DNA of 64,000 nt from Candidatus Cloacimonadota bacterium (lineage in GTDB: Bacteria; Cloacimonadota; Cloacimonadia; G963667145). The notes below the pieces were generated by a model. The model was not told the DNA's origin, searched no databases, and saw only the letters and a program-made list of their open reading frames with translations. Position 1 is the stretch's first letter. Each line of letters begins with the position of its first letter. Of the stretch, positions 46,473 through 56,249 are shown piece by piece. The DNA is taken from contig OY781092.1 in assembly GCA_963676615.1 (NCBI GenBank), forward strand, positions 608,001-672,000, read 5' to 3'. Made by a program: the position numbers and the translations under genes.

Positions 46473-47312
46473 ATGAATTTTCAAGATATTATCCAAAATT
46501 TGAATATTTTTTGGGCAAAAAATGGTTGCAACATTTTGCAGCCTTACGATGAGCAAATGGGAGCAGGAACTTTTCATCCTGCCACTTTTTTTGGGGCGCT
46601 TTTGCAAAAGCCAACTTCGGTCGCTTATCCGCAGCCTTGTCGTCGCCCAAAAGACGGTCGCTATGGCGAAAACCCAAACCGCCTTCAACACTACTATCAA
46701 TATCAGGTGATTATCAAGCCGTCTCCAAACGACATTCAAGACTTGTATCTTCAGAGTTTGCAAACAATTGGCATAGACACCGCTAAGCACGATATTCGCT
46801 TTATCGAGGACGATTGGGAGTCGCCAACTTTGGGTGCCTGGGGGCTTGGCTGGGAAGTTTGGCTGGACGGAATGGAGATCACGCAATTCACTTATTTTCA
46901 ACAAATTGGAGGTTTAAATCTGTCTCCTGTTAGCGTGGAACTCACTTACGGTCTTGAGCGAATTGCGATGTATATTCAAAAAGTTGACGATTATCGGGAC
47001 ATTGCTTGGAACGACACCACGACATATGGTGATCTGTTTTATGAGAAAGAAAAGCAGTATTCCGACTTTAACTTTAATTACGCTTCTACGGTCGATTTGT
47101 TTGAGCAGTTTGAAGAAAATCAAAAGCAAGTGGTAACCTTAATCGAGCAAAATCTCGTCTATCCAGCTTACGATTTTTTGCTTAAATGTTCCCACTTGTT
47201 CAACCTTTTGGACGCAAGAGGCGTGATTTCGGTGACGCAAAGGACTTCTTATATCAAGCGAATACGAGATATGGCAAAAAGTTGTGCGCAAAAATATATT
47301 GAATTAAATTAA
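46473..47312 (+). CDS. glyQ: Glycyl-tRNA synthetase alpha subunit
   Basis: [57 protein letters not shown]. Confidence 0.98.
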   Translation: MNFQDIIQNLNIFWAKNGCNILQPYDEQMGAGTFHPATFFGALLQKPTSVAYPQPCRRPKDGRYGENPNRLQHYYQYQVIIKPSPNDIQDLYLQSLQTIGIDTAKHDIRFIEDDWESPTLGAWGLGWEVWLDGMEITQFTYFQQIGGLNLSPVSVELTYGLERIAMYIQKVDDYRDIAWNDTTTYGDLFYEKEKQYSDFNFNYASTVDLFEQFEENQKQVVTLIEQNLVYPAYDFLLKCSHLFNLLDARGVISVTQRTSYIKRIRDMAKSCAQKYIELN

Positions 47313-47321
47313 GGATTGCAT

Positions 47322-48137
47322 ATGAAATCTAAAAATTTAACGCTTTTTCTTGTTTTTGTTTTTTTTATTTTGGGAGCGAGCAATTTGATTGGAGAAGAAG
47401 AGGCTGGATTTAAAAATACCGCTAAACTTTTCAACGCTGTGCACAATATTAACAAAAAAAGACCTGTTAACGAAAAAGCTAAACAGATCGAAGATCCAAA
47501 CGAGAAAAAATTTATAGAAAGTTTTTATGAAAATGTAAAAGCGCAAAATCTGAATAAAGATAACTCTTCTGAGGTGAGCGGAAAATTTATCGAAAGTTTT
47601 TATAAGCGAAAAAGCAACATTAAAGTCGATAAGGAAGAAGACATTCAAGTTAGGAAAAAATATGATAGTTTGGATAACGAGCAATTCGATTTTTGCGGTA
47701 ACGCTTTTTTTAAGGATGGATTTTATATAATTACGATAAAAAGGAAAATCTACTTTATCGTCGGTGGCGAGTGCTACGGACAATTTTTGGATGAAAACAA
47801 AGGCTCTAGTTTTAATCGGATTGTCAGTGTTGAAAAATTTATGGAAGAGGAAGATGGAAGCATATATTATGCTTACTATATTGGGAATTTAACGCCCTTG
47901 GAATTGAAAAAATTTAAAATATTTTGGCTTGCAAACTATAACAACAAAAGATTTTCTAGCACGCTGTCAAACAGATGCTCCTATGTTGCAGTTTTAGAAA
48001 AACTAACAAACCATCAAGTTAAATTTTACAGGATTGAGTCTGGGAAAAGAGCCTATTATGACGCTAATTACATAATAAACAATAAAAGCAAATTTTTCCC
48101 TCCGATTTTGCACGAGTTTAAAGGCGTAATTTACTAA
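47322..48137 (+). CDS. Exported hypothetical protein, low GC
   Basis: Signal-peptide-like N-terminus; internal KFIESFY duplication; no family recognised. Confidence 0.7.
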   Translation: MKSKNLTLFLVFVFFILGASNLIGEEEAGFKNTAKLFNAVHNINKKRPVNEKAKQIEDPNEKKFIESFYENVKAQNLNKDNSSEVSGKFIESFYKRKSNIKVDKEEDIQVRKKYDSLDNEQFDFCGNAFFKDGFYIITIKRKIYFIVGGECYGQFLDENKGSSFNRIVSVEKFMEEEDGSIYYAYYIGNLTPLELKKFKIFWLANYNNKRFSSTLSNRCSYVAVLEKLTNHQVKFYRIESGKRAYYDANYIINNKSKFFPPILHEFKGVIY

Positions 48138-48185
48138 ATGCGTGTTGGTGATTTTGTTTAATACAGTGGGATTTTAGGGACAAAA

Positions 48186-50564
48186 GTGGTTAAAAAATAT
48201 TTGCGGAACTATTTTTTTATTGTTTTGGCGGTTTTTTCTTTGTGCGCTGGTGTAGCTTATGGCGTTTTTTCTTATTATTATTCGCAACTGCCACCTTTGG
48301 CGTCGATTAAGTCTGTCGATTTTAAGGTGGGCTCGGAAGTTTTTGACAAAGACGGTAATTTAGTTTATGTTTTTGCCTACGAGTCTAGAGATTATTTGTC
48401 GATAAACGAGATTCCCGATTATGTTCCCCAAGCTCTTTGCGCTGTCGAAGACAAAAAATTTTACGACCATTGGGGCGTTGATTTATTCGGAGTTTTTCGG
48501 GCTTTGGTGCTTGGTCTGACGGGAATGCAGAGAATCTCGGGAACCAGCACCGTAACTCAACAGCTTGCCAAAAATATGTTTTTGTCTTCGGACAGATCTA
48601 TCGGCAGAAAAATTAAAGAAGCTATGTTGGCAGTGAAGCTGGAAAAGCATTTTTCCAAAAGAGAAATTTTGGAATTTTATTTAAACAAGGTTTATTTGGG
48701 CGCTGGACAGTATGGAATTGAAGCGGCTTCGCAGCGATATTTTGAGAAGTCGGCACGAGATTTAACAAAGCTGGAAGCGGCTTTTTTGATAGGACTTTTG
48801 AAAGCCCCCGAGGGATACTCACCATACCACAGACCGTTCACCTCTATCCAAAGGCGGAATTTGGTGCTTCGGAGGATGCTAGAAGATGGCGTTATCTCTC
48901 CGCAAGAGTACGAAGATTTTCGCTACAAATTGCTGGAATTTTCTTCTTACACCAAAAAAAGCAAAGCCATTGACTATTACATCGACTGGGTCAAGCGTGA
49001 ACTGATGAAGAGGTTCGCCGTTGAACAGATTTTCGGCGGAGGTCTAAAAGTTTATACGCCGCTAGATTGGGGGCTACAAAATTATGCCGATTCGATCGTG
49101 AATGTTGAGCTGGCAAAGGTTGAGCAGCGGAACGATTACGATGTAAAATACAGCGATTATCCAGTTGATACCGCCGCTTTCAACACCGATTATTTGCAAG
49201 TCGGGGTCTTCAGTTTAGATCCGCACACTGGTTATGTGCGGGTTTTGATCGGCGGCAGAAATTTTGGACACAGCAAGTTCAATCGAATTATGCAGGCTAA
49301 AAGGCAGCCAGGATCGTCGTTCAAGCCGCTTGTGTATTCTGCGGCGCTGGATTACGGCTACACGCCTGCCACGATTATTCAGGACGAGCCGGTGGAGTTT
49401 GTCGAGAACGACACAGTTTTTTGGGAGCCAGTGAACTATTCGCGAAAAAATTACAGCTATTTGCGGATGCGTGAGGCTCTTAAGAAGTCTAAAAATATTT
49501 ACACCGTGAAAATGAGCTACGACATAACTCCAAATCGGATAGTTTATATGGCGAGAAAATTCGGGCTAACTGGGCGATTGACTAACTCTCAAAGCGTTTG
49601 TCTTGGCTCGCACGAACTTATGCCGTATGAGCTGATTAGCGGCTACACAGCCTTTGCAAATAAAGGGAAACGGGTCGAGCCAATTTTTGTGACGAGAGTT
49701 GAAAACTCGCAAGGCAAGCTGCTTTTTGAGAGCAAAGTTAAACAAAAAGAGGTGCTTTCCGAACAGCAAGCTTTTTTGATGAACAATATGTTGCAATCGG
49801 TGATAAAAGAGGGGACTGGGCGTCGAGCTTTGTGGATGGGCTATCGCTGGACGGCTGGGGGCAAAACGGGCACAAGTAGTGACTTTAGGGATGCTTGGTT
49901 TATTGGGTTCAATAAGTTTTTGGTGACTGGAGTTTGGGTTGGATTTGACGATTTTCGCTCTTTGGGCGACGGGCAAGCAGGCTCAAATGTCGCTCTGCCG
50001 ATTTGGGTGCGGATTATGCAAAAAGCCACCTACGACAACAAAGATTTGCGTGATAAAAACGACAGAATCGATCCCAAAAAGTTTGAGTTTGCAAAGCCTA
50101 GCGGCGTTATTCAAAAAAAGATATCGAAAGTTACTGGATTGCTGCCAAAAAGCTCCAGCGAGTCGGTGATGATGGAGTATTTTATCGACGGGACGCAGCC
50201 AACCATCGACTATCCGCACAGATACAACTTCAAGCCGACTTGTTACAAAAATAATGAGAAAAACAAGCTGATTATCGACTTTGGAGGCGAGCCCTACGAT
50301 TGGGAAAATGCGGAAAAAGACGAGTTCAAAAAAGTTTATCCAGATAGCTTGAACCCAAATTTTTATGTTTTAGAAAAAGTTAAATTGCCAAAAATGCCGA
50401 GCTACGGGCAAGCGGCGATTTTGCGCGACAGAGTTTATGTCGAAGACCCACGGCAGCTAGAGATGCAAAATCAGGCGGAAGAAGAAGATCAGTTGATGGA
50501 CAATCTGCTGGATAGCTTGCTGATGAAAACTTACCAAGACGAAAACATCCCAGCCGTTGATTAA
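48186..50564 (+). CDS. mrcA: Class A penicillin-binding protein (PBP1A family)
   Basis: GT51 motifs EDKKFYDHWGVD, GTSTVTQQL, RKIKE; transpeptidase RQPGSSFK, SKN, KTGT. Confidence 0.92.
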   Translation: MVKKYLRNYFFIVLAVFSLCAGVAYGVFSYYYSQLPPLASIKSVDFKVGSEVFDKDGNLVYVFAYESRDYLSINEIPDYVPQALCAVEDKKFYDHWGVDLFGVFRALVLGLTGMQRISGTSTVTQQLAKNMFLSSDRSIGRKIKEAMLAVKLEKHFSKREILEFYLNKVYLGAGQYGIEAASQRYFEKSARDLTKLEAAFLIGLLKAPEGYSPYHRPFTSIQRRNLVLRRMLEDGVISPQEYEDFRYKLLEFSSYTKKSKAIDYYIDWVKRELMKRFAVEQIFGGGLKVYTPLDWGLQNYADSIVNVELAKVEQRNDYDVKYSDYPVDTAAFNTDYLQVGVFSLDPHTGYVRVLIGGRNFGHSKFNRIMQAKRQPGSSFKPLVYSAALDYGYTPATIIQDEPVEFVENDTVFWEPVNYSRKNYSYLRMREALKKSKNIYTVKMSYDITPNRIVYMARKFGLTGRLTNSQSVCLGSHELMPYELISGYTAFANKGKRVEPIFVTRVENSQGKLLFESKVKQKEVLSEQQAFLMNNMLQSVIKEGTGRRALWMGYRWTAGGKTGTSSDFRDAWFIGFNKFLVTGVWVGFDDFRSLGDGQAGSNVALPIWVRIMQKATYDNKDLRDKNDRIDPKKFEFAKPSGVIQKKISKVTGLLPKSSSESVMMEYFIDGTQPTIDYPHRYNFKPTCYKNNEKNKLIIDFGGEPYDWENAEKDEFKKVYPDSLNPNFYVLEKVKLPKMPSYGQAAILRDRVYVEDPRQLEMQNQAEEEDQLMDNLLDSLLMKTYQDENIPAVD

Positions 50565-50580
50565 AAGAAGGAGAATTAAG

Positions 50581-51942
50581 GTGAAAAAAATTTTTGTATT
50601 GGACACAAATGTGATAATTCACAATCCCAACTCGATTTTTGCTTTTAAAGATTCGGATGTCGTTATCCCGATAACTGTGCTGGAGGAAATCGATAAATTT
50701 AAGAAAGGTTTGGACGATAAGAGCCGCAATTCTCGGGAGTTTGGCAGAATTTTGGACAGGCTCCGTGAGAAATCTGGCGCCGATTTTCGCAACGGCGTGT
50801 CGCTGCGCTCTGGTGGGATGTTGTATGTCGGGCTTTCCAGCAAAATCAAAGAGAGACTGGAAAATTTGCTGCTCGAGAACAAAAACGACAACCTTATTAT
50901 CTGCACCGCGCTTCATTTTTGCGATACGCACCCGCAAGACAAAGTCGTTTTGGTTTCCAAAGATGTAAATGTCCGCATCAAAGCCAACGCTTTGGGCTTG
51001 GACGCTCAAAATTTTAAGAACGACCAAGTCAAATTTGAAGAGATTTATACAGGTTTGCGCGAGATTAAGCTGGATAAAAAGAGGTTCGATAACGCTTTGC
51101 AATCCAAATTTTTCGAGCCGACAAAAGCGGAAAAAAAGACGATTTTTCCCAACGAATTTGCAATTATTAGAAACGAAAAAAGCGAAAAGATTTTTCGCTA
51201 TAGCGCAGACCATCAGATGTTTTATCCCTTGAATTTTTACAAAGAACCTGAAAGGATTTTTGGTGTAAAACCTCGAAACTCCGAACAACAGATGGCAATG
51301 GATTTGCTTTTAGACCCGACTGTTAAGCTTGTTTCGCTTTTGGGAGTTGCTGGCACAGGAAAAACTTTTTTGGCGCTAGCTGCTGGGATGAACCAAGTTG
51401 CGCAAAAAACTTTATATAAAAAGTTGGTGGTCTCACGGCCGATTTTCCCAATGGGCAAAGATATCGGTTTTTTGCCAGGCTCGAAAAAAGAGAAGTTCAA
51501 TCCTTGGATGCAGCCGATTTACGACAATATGGAAAAACTTACTCAAGTGGCTAACGAAGAAAATGAGAAAAATGGAACCAAAAATAAAAAGCGAGAGCGA
51601 AACCACGATAGCATCGACTCTTATTTGGATTTTGGGCTTTTACAGCTGGAGCCGCTCACTTACATTAGAGGCAGAAGTTTGAGCGACCAATATTTGATTG
51701 TTGATGAGGCGCAAAACCTTACTGCGCACGAGATCAAGACGATTATTACGCGAGCTGGCGAAAACACGAAAATCGTTTTCACTGGCGACCCCTATCAAAT
51801 AGATGTTCCATATTTGGATTCGGAATCGAACGGGCTTTCTGTGGCGGTGGAGAAGCTGAAACAAGAGAGCGCCGTGGGGCACATAACCTTGGTGAAAGGG
51901 GAGAGATCCGAGCTGGCAAACATCGCCGCCAGGAATTTTTAG
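50581..51942 (+). CDS. PIN-PhoH fusion protein (PhoH2/YlaK-like RNase-ATPase)
   Basis: N-terminal PIN (VLDTNV, NDNLI, SKDVNVRIKA); PhoH (GVAGTGKT, GFLPG, YIRGRS, DEAQN, TGDPYQID). GTG start after AGGAG. Confidence 0.92.
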   Translation: MKKIFVLDTNVIIHNPNSIFAFKDSDVVIPITVLEEIDKFKKGLDDKSRNSREFGRILDRLREKSGADFRNGVSLRSGGMLYVGLSSKIKERLENLLLENKNDNLIICTALHFCDTHPQDKVVLVSKDVNVRIKANALGLDAQNFKNDQVKFEEIYTGLREIKLDKKRFDNALQSKFFEPTKAEKKTIFPNEFAIIRNEKSEKIFRYSADHQMFYPLNFYKEPERIFGVKPRNSEQQMAMDLLLDPTVKLVSLLGVAGTGKTFLALAAGMNQVAQKTLYKKLVVSRPIFPMGKDIGFLPGSKKEKFNPWMQPIYDNMEKLTQVANEENEKNGTKNKKRERNHDSIDSYLDFGLLQLEPLTYIRGRSLSDQYLIVDEAQNLTAHEIKTIITRAGENTKIVFTGDPYQIDVPYLDSESNGLSVAVEKLKQESAVGHITLVKGERSELANIAARNF

Positions 51943-51960
51943 CTGTAAATCGGAGATTAG

Positions 51961-53028
51961 TTGGAGTCGTTGCAATATCGGAGCTGGATTGAGGTTAGCC
52001 TCAAAAATTATCGCGAAAATTTAGCGAAACTCAAGCAGTTCTTGCCCGAAAACACACATATTTTGCAGATTGTGAAAGCTAACGCCTACGGTCTTGGCTC
52101 GGTAAAAATAGCCAAAGAAGCGCTAAAAATGGGGGCTTCATTTTTGGGCGTGGCAAATTGCCAAGAAGGCGCAAAACTTCGCCAAAATGGCATAAACGAC
52201 GCTCCTATTTTGGTTTTGTCGCCTTGCTTCGATTTTGAAATTCCCGTTTTGAAAAAATATCGCCTTATTCCGTCTATTTCGGATTTCGATTTCGCCCAAA
52301 AATATTCGGGCAAAGCTCACATAAATGTCGAAACTGGAATGGGGAGAAGCGGATTTGCTGGGAGTTTGGCAGATCTAGAGAAAATTTGTGCACTGTCAAA
52401 CCTTGAAATTGAAGGTGTTTACACGCATTTGGCGGCTTCGGAAGACGATTTGGATTATACGCAATTGCAACAAAAAAAGTTCGAAAATATTTTGCAGAAC
52501 CTTTCTTTTACGCCAAAATTTGTTCACATCGCCAATAGCGGCGGCATTTTTTCCACAAACTCTAAAATGACAAATATGGTCAGGATTGGGCTGATGAGCT
52601 TCGGCGGTCAAATAGGCTTTTTCGACAAAATCGATTTAAAGCCAGCTTTGTCGTTCAAAAGCAGGATTGCCTTGGTCAAAACGGCAGAAAAAGGGCAGAC
52701 CATCGGCTATAACAGAGCGTATGAGGCTCCGTCCAAAATAACTTATGGAATTGTCCCTGTTGGTTATGCTGACGGCTATAATTACCTTTTGAAAAATAAA
52801 GGTAAGCTCTTGATAAATGATAAGTTATGCGAAGTAATTGGAAAGGTTTCGATGGATATGTTGGCTGTAGATATCACCAAAATCTCAGCTCAAAAAGGCG
52901 ACGAAGTTGTTTTGCTGGGCTGGCAAGATCCTGCGCTGTATCCACAAAATGTTGCAGCACTTTACGACGGTTCTGGCTACGAGTTGCTTTGTGCTGTCGG
53001 CAGACGAGCCCAATGGGTTTATGTTTAG
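51961..53028 (+). CDS. alr: Alanine racemase
   Basis: VKANAYGLG (PLP Lys), ETGMGRSG, YTHLA, ANSG, GYADGY, GKVSMDM. Confidence 0.96.
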   Translation: MESLQYRSWIEVSLKNYRENLAKLKQFLPENTHILQIVKANAYGLGSVKIAKEALKMGASFLGVANCQEGAKLRQNGINDAPILVLSPCFDFEIPVLKKYRLIPSISDFDFAQKYSGKAHINVETGMGRSGFAGSLADLEKICALSNLEIEGVYTHLAASEDDLDYTQLQQKKFENILQNLSFTPKFVHIANSGGIFSTNSKMTNMVRIGLMSFGGQIGFFDKIDLKPALSFKSRIALVKTAEKGQTIGYNRAYEAPSKITYGIVPVGYADGYNYLLKNKGKLLINDKLCEVIGKVSMDMLAVDITKISAQKGDEVVLLGWQDPALYPQNVAALYDGSGYELLCAVGRRAQWVYV

Positions 53029-53223
53029 TCGTTTTTTTAGAAAAAACCTGACATCGTATAAATTTCCCGCTAAAAAAACGCCCGATTTTCGGTTTCGGAG
53101 GTGTTCGGATATAGCTGAGTTTGTAAATGGCTCGATTTTGGGGTTTTGCAAAACAAAAAGAAAAACACTTGACCGCAAAACGAACTCTGCAATATTAAAC
53201 GAAAATTAGACGGAATATTATCA

Positions 53224-53251
53224 ATCTCTGATAATATATATTATGTAAACT
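53224..53251 (+). other. dif: dif site (XerC/XerD chromosome dimer resolution site)
   Basis: ATCTCTGATAA-TATATA-TTATGTAAACT: 11-6-11 architecture; spacer and right arm match Bacillus subtilis dif (ACTTCCTAGAA-TATATA-TTATGTAAACT) as I recall it; intergenic. Confidence 0.85.
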
Positions 53252-53319
53252 TGGTGGTATTACAAAAACTCTTTTCTTTCCAATAAGTTGCATTCGCATT
53301 CTTTAAAAGGTTTGTTTAA

Positions 53320-54177
53320 ATGAAAAGTATGACTGGCTTTGCGAACAAAGAGTTCGAAATCGGCAAAATTAAGGCTTCGATTAGCTTAAAGAGTGTAAAC
53401 TCTCGAAATTTGGAAATTAGCTTGAAATTGCCGTCGTATATGATGAATATGGAGCCAAAGCTGGTCAATTTGGTGAAGTCGAAGATATCCAGAGGCAAGT
53501 TTAAAGCTTTTGTAGGCATCGATTTTACCGATTTCCCGTCTCTGAAACTTAACGAGCCGCTGTTGCATCAATATTTGGCAGTTTATGAGAAAGCTAAGGA
53601 AATTTCGGGTCTTCCCTACTGTTTGGACAATATTTTGCAAAACAAAGAGCTCGTTATCAGTGACTTTTCGTTTGACTCTTTTGAAGACTCTTTTTTGGAA
53701 TATTTTGAGCAGGCTTTAGAAGATTTTGTGGCATCCACAACTTCCGAAGGCTCTAGTATGGCAGATTTTTTCGTTGGCTCTTTACAAAAAATGAAGTCGT
53801 CTTTGCTTGAAATTGAAAAACTTTTTCCAGATTATCGCAAAAAAAAGTATCTTGCGCTAAAGAACAATCTGGAGTCTGTTTTAATGCGAAATTTGGACGA
53901 AAATGAGCTTTCTAAGGCTATGGCTGAGGTCGCTTTTTTGATGGAGCGTACGGATATTACCGAAGAAATAGAGCGGTTAAAGCATCATATTGCGACTTTT
54001 AGAAACAAAATTGCCCAAGATCGTTGCGGAAAAACTCTTGGCTTTATCGTGCAAGAGATGCAACGCGAGGCTAATACAATGGGTTCAAAATTCGCAACAG
54101 ACACAGCTTTTCCTCATATTTTGCTTATAAAAGAAGAGGTTGAAAAATGCAGGGAGATGGTTTTAAATGTTGAATGA
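53320..54177 (+). CDS. yicC: YicC/YloC-family endoribonuclease
   Basis: MKSMTGF, KSVNSRNLE, ISRGK, DITEEIERL..H, GKTLGFIVQEMQREANTMGSK, EKCRE...NVE. Confidence 0.93.
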   Translation: MKSMTGFANKEFEIGKIKASISLKSVNSRNLEISLKLPSYMMNMEPKLVNLVKSKISRGKFKAFVGIDFTDFPSLKLNEPLLHQYLAVYEKAKEISGLPYCLDNILQNKELVISDFSFDSFEDSFLEYFEQALEDFVASTTSEGSSMADFFVGSLQKMKSSLLEIEKLFPDYRKKKYLALKNNLESVLMRNLDENELSKAMAEVAFLMERTDITEEIERLKHHIATFRNKIAQDRCGKTLGFIVQEMQREANTMGSKFATDTAFPHILLIKEEVEKCREMVLNVE

Positions 54178-56161
54178 AGCTTCAATTCTAGAAGTAATTT
54201 CTGAAAACAATGGCATTAACATTCAGGAAATAAGTCAAATAACTAAAATCGGCAAGCATGAAAGAAAGAAACTGCTAATCATTCTGCAAAAATTGGTTAA
54301 AAAAGGCGTTTTAACTTTCTCTGAAAAGAGATATCATAAAAGCACAAAGCGTTTAGAAATAGGCAAATTTGACGCCCTGGCTCTTATGAAAGGTTATCAA
54401 TTTGGGTTTGTCAAAACAGAAGATGATCACATAATGATCTATCTAGAAAATAGTTTAGGTGCTTTTCATAACGATGTTGTAGAGGTGTGTGTTACGGGTC
54501 AGAGGAAACAAGGAAAATATGGTGTTGTGACCAGAATTATTGAGCGAAGCAAAAATGTTTTGGTTGGTTCAGTCGTTAAAGTCGGCAAAAACGCAATGCT
54601 CACCGCAATTGGCGGGCATTTTCATCGAGACGCTCAGATTGTTAATCCAGAAAAAGTTAAATCTGGCGACAAAGTGCTGTGCAAAATCAGCTTTTGGGGA
54701 GATCTAGAAGATTTGCCTCGCGTAAAAGTGACTAAAATTTTAGGAAAAAGCGGTGATATACAAACGGAGATTTTGTCGGTAATCTACTCCTACGAGCTTC
54801 CTTTTGAATTTGACAAGAAAGTCGTTAAAGAGGCTCAAGAGCTTAACGATAACTTCAATATTGATAGTGACTTAGAGGATAGAAAAGACTTGCGCAATCT
54901 ACACACTTTCACTATCGATCCTTCGGGATCGAAGGATTTTGATGATGCTGTTTCTGTTTTGGTTAACCAAAATGGAGAGTACGAAATTTATGTGCATATC
55001 GCCGATGTCTCACACTTTGTGAAGCCAGGCTCTGCCCTATTTAGCGAGGCTTTGAGCCGTGGAAATTCTTACTATTTTCCAAAAAGAGTGATACCGATGT
55101 TGCCCAAGATTATCTCGAACAATTTGTGCAGTTTGCGTCCGCTGGAAGAAAAATATGCGATGACTGTAAAAACCACGCTCAGCAAAAATTTCGACATTGT
55201 CGATCAAGATTTGTTTAAATCGGTTATTTGTTCTGATGTTCGCCTCTGTTACGAAGAGGTTGACGCTGTTTTTGCAGGAGATAAAACAAATATCGCCAAA
55301 AAAGATGCGGATATGCTGTTTTTGGCGGACAAAATTTCTAAAGGATACTTCAAAAAACGGAAAAAATATATTCGATTTTCTTTGCCAGAAGCGGTTTTTG
55401 AGTTTGACGAAGAAGGCAACCCAATCAATGTTTTTCGCTCTTTTGAGACCGATTCGCACAAAATGATAGAAAATTTCATGCTGATTGCCAACGAATATGT
55501 CGCCAAATTTTTATCGTCGAAAAATTGTTTGTATCGAGTTCATGAGCCTCCCTTTGATAACGACTTGATAAAGCTAAAAGGCGACTTAAAGCAAGCTGGG
55601 TTCGATATCCCAGCCTACAAAACTCCTTGCGAATTTTATCAGCGAGTGCTAAAATTGATGGATACTGATGACAAAAAAATGGCGTTTGAGCGAAAAATTT
55701 TGCGAAGTATGAAACGAGCTGAATACAGCCTGAAAAACACGCACCACTTCGGAATTGGCATCGATTTTTATACTCATTTTACTTCCCCAATCAGAAGAAT
55801 TTGCGATTTGGGAATACATCTTTTGCTAAAAAAGCAGCTAAAAGCAAAATCTCTGCTAAAGAAAATTACAGTTAGTGCAAATCAGCACGAAGAGGTCGCC
55901 ACAGAGGCAGAAAGAGAGGTGCAAAAACTTTACTATCGTCAGTTCGCCAAAAGGCTACTGGGCGAAAGTTTTCAAGCCACCATTATTGATATAAAAAGAA
56001 AGTCGATTTTATTGGAGCTGGTTAAATATCCGATAATCGTTGCTGTGCCCAACACCGAAACAGTGAAAACAAAGTCCAAAAAAAGCAAGACGAGGCTTGC
56101 TCAGCGTCGCAAAGTGAAGATTGTTAAAGTTGATCAAGATGTTGAAGCGAAATTTATTTAA
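54167..56161 (+). CDS. rnr: Ribonuclease R (RNB family), compact with degenerate S1 domain
   Basis: N-terminal HTH and CSDs; FTIDPSGSKDFDDAVS, VHIADVS, IENFMLIAN, YRVH, YTHFTSPIRRICDL. Confidence 0.9.
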   Translation: MLNEASILEVISENNGINIQEISQITKIGKHERKKLLIILQKLVKKGVLTFSEKRYHKSTKRLEIGKFDALALMKGYQFGFVKTEDDHIMIYLENSLGAFHNDVVEVCVTGQRKQGKYGVVTRIIERSKNVLVGSVVKVGKNAMLTAIGGHFHRDAQIVNPEKVKSGDKVLCKISFWGDLEDLPRVKVTKILGKSGDIQTEILSVIYSYELPFEFDKKVVKEAQELNDNFNIDSDLEDRKDLRNLHTFTIDPSGSKDFDDAVSVLVNQNGEYEIYVHIADVSHFVKPGSALFSEALSRGNSYYFPKRVIPMLPKIISNNLCSLRPLEEKYAMTVKTTLSKNFDIVDQDLFKSVICSDVRLCYEEVDAVFAGDKTNIAKKDADMLFLADKISKGYFKKRKKYIRFSLPEAVFEFDEEGNPINVFRSFETDSHKMIENFMLIANEYVAKFLSSKNCLYRVHEPPFDNDLIKLKGDLKQAGFDIPAYKTPCEFYQRVLKLMDTDDKKMAFERKILRSMKRAEYSLKNTHHFGIGIDFYTHFTSPIRRICDLGIHLLLKKQLKAKSLLKKITVSANQHEEVATEAEREVQKLYYRQFAKRLLGESFQATIIDIKRKSILLELVKYPIIVAVPNTETVKTKSKKSKTRLAQRRKVKIVKVDQDVEAKFI

Positions 56162-56249
56162 GCTGTTTATTGGCAAGCTTAGCTATCTGATTTAAATCAC
56201 AGTAGTTAGCGATAATTACTTAATGTAAAATATTTGCGAGATTATTATA

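Noticed and set aside
50380..51288. 302-aa antisense ORF over the PBP1A end and PhoH
   Set aside because: Shadow ORF without family features.
52827..53209. Short ORFs spanning the alr end and the intergenic region, suggesting a frameshifted alr extension
   Set aside because: alr ends at its normal length (GRRAQWVYV) and the downstream frames show no recognisable domain.
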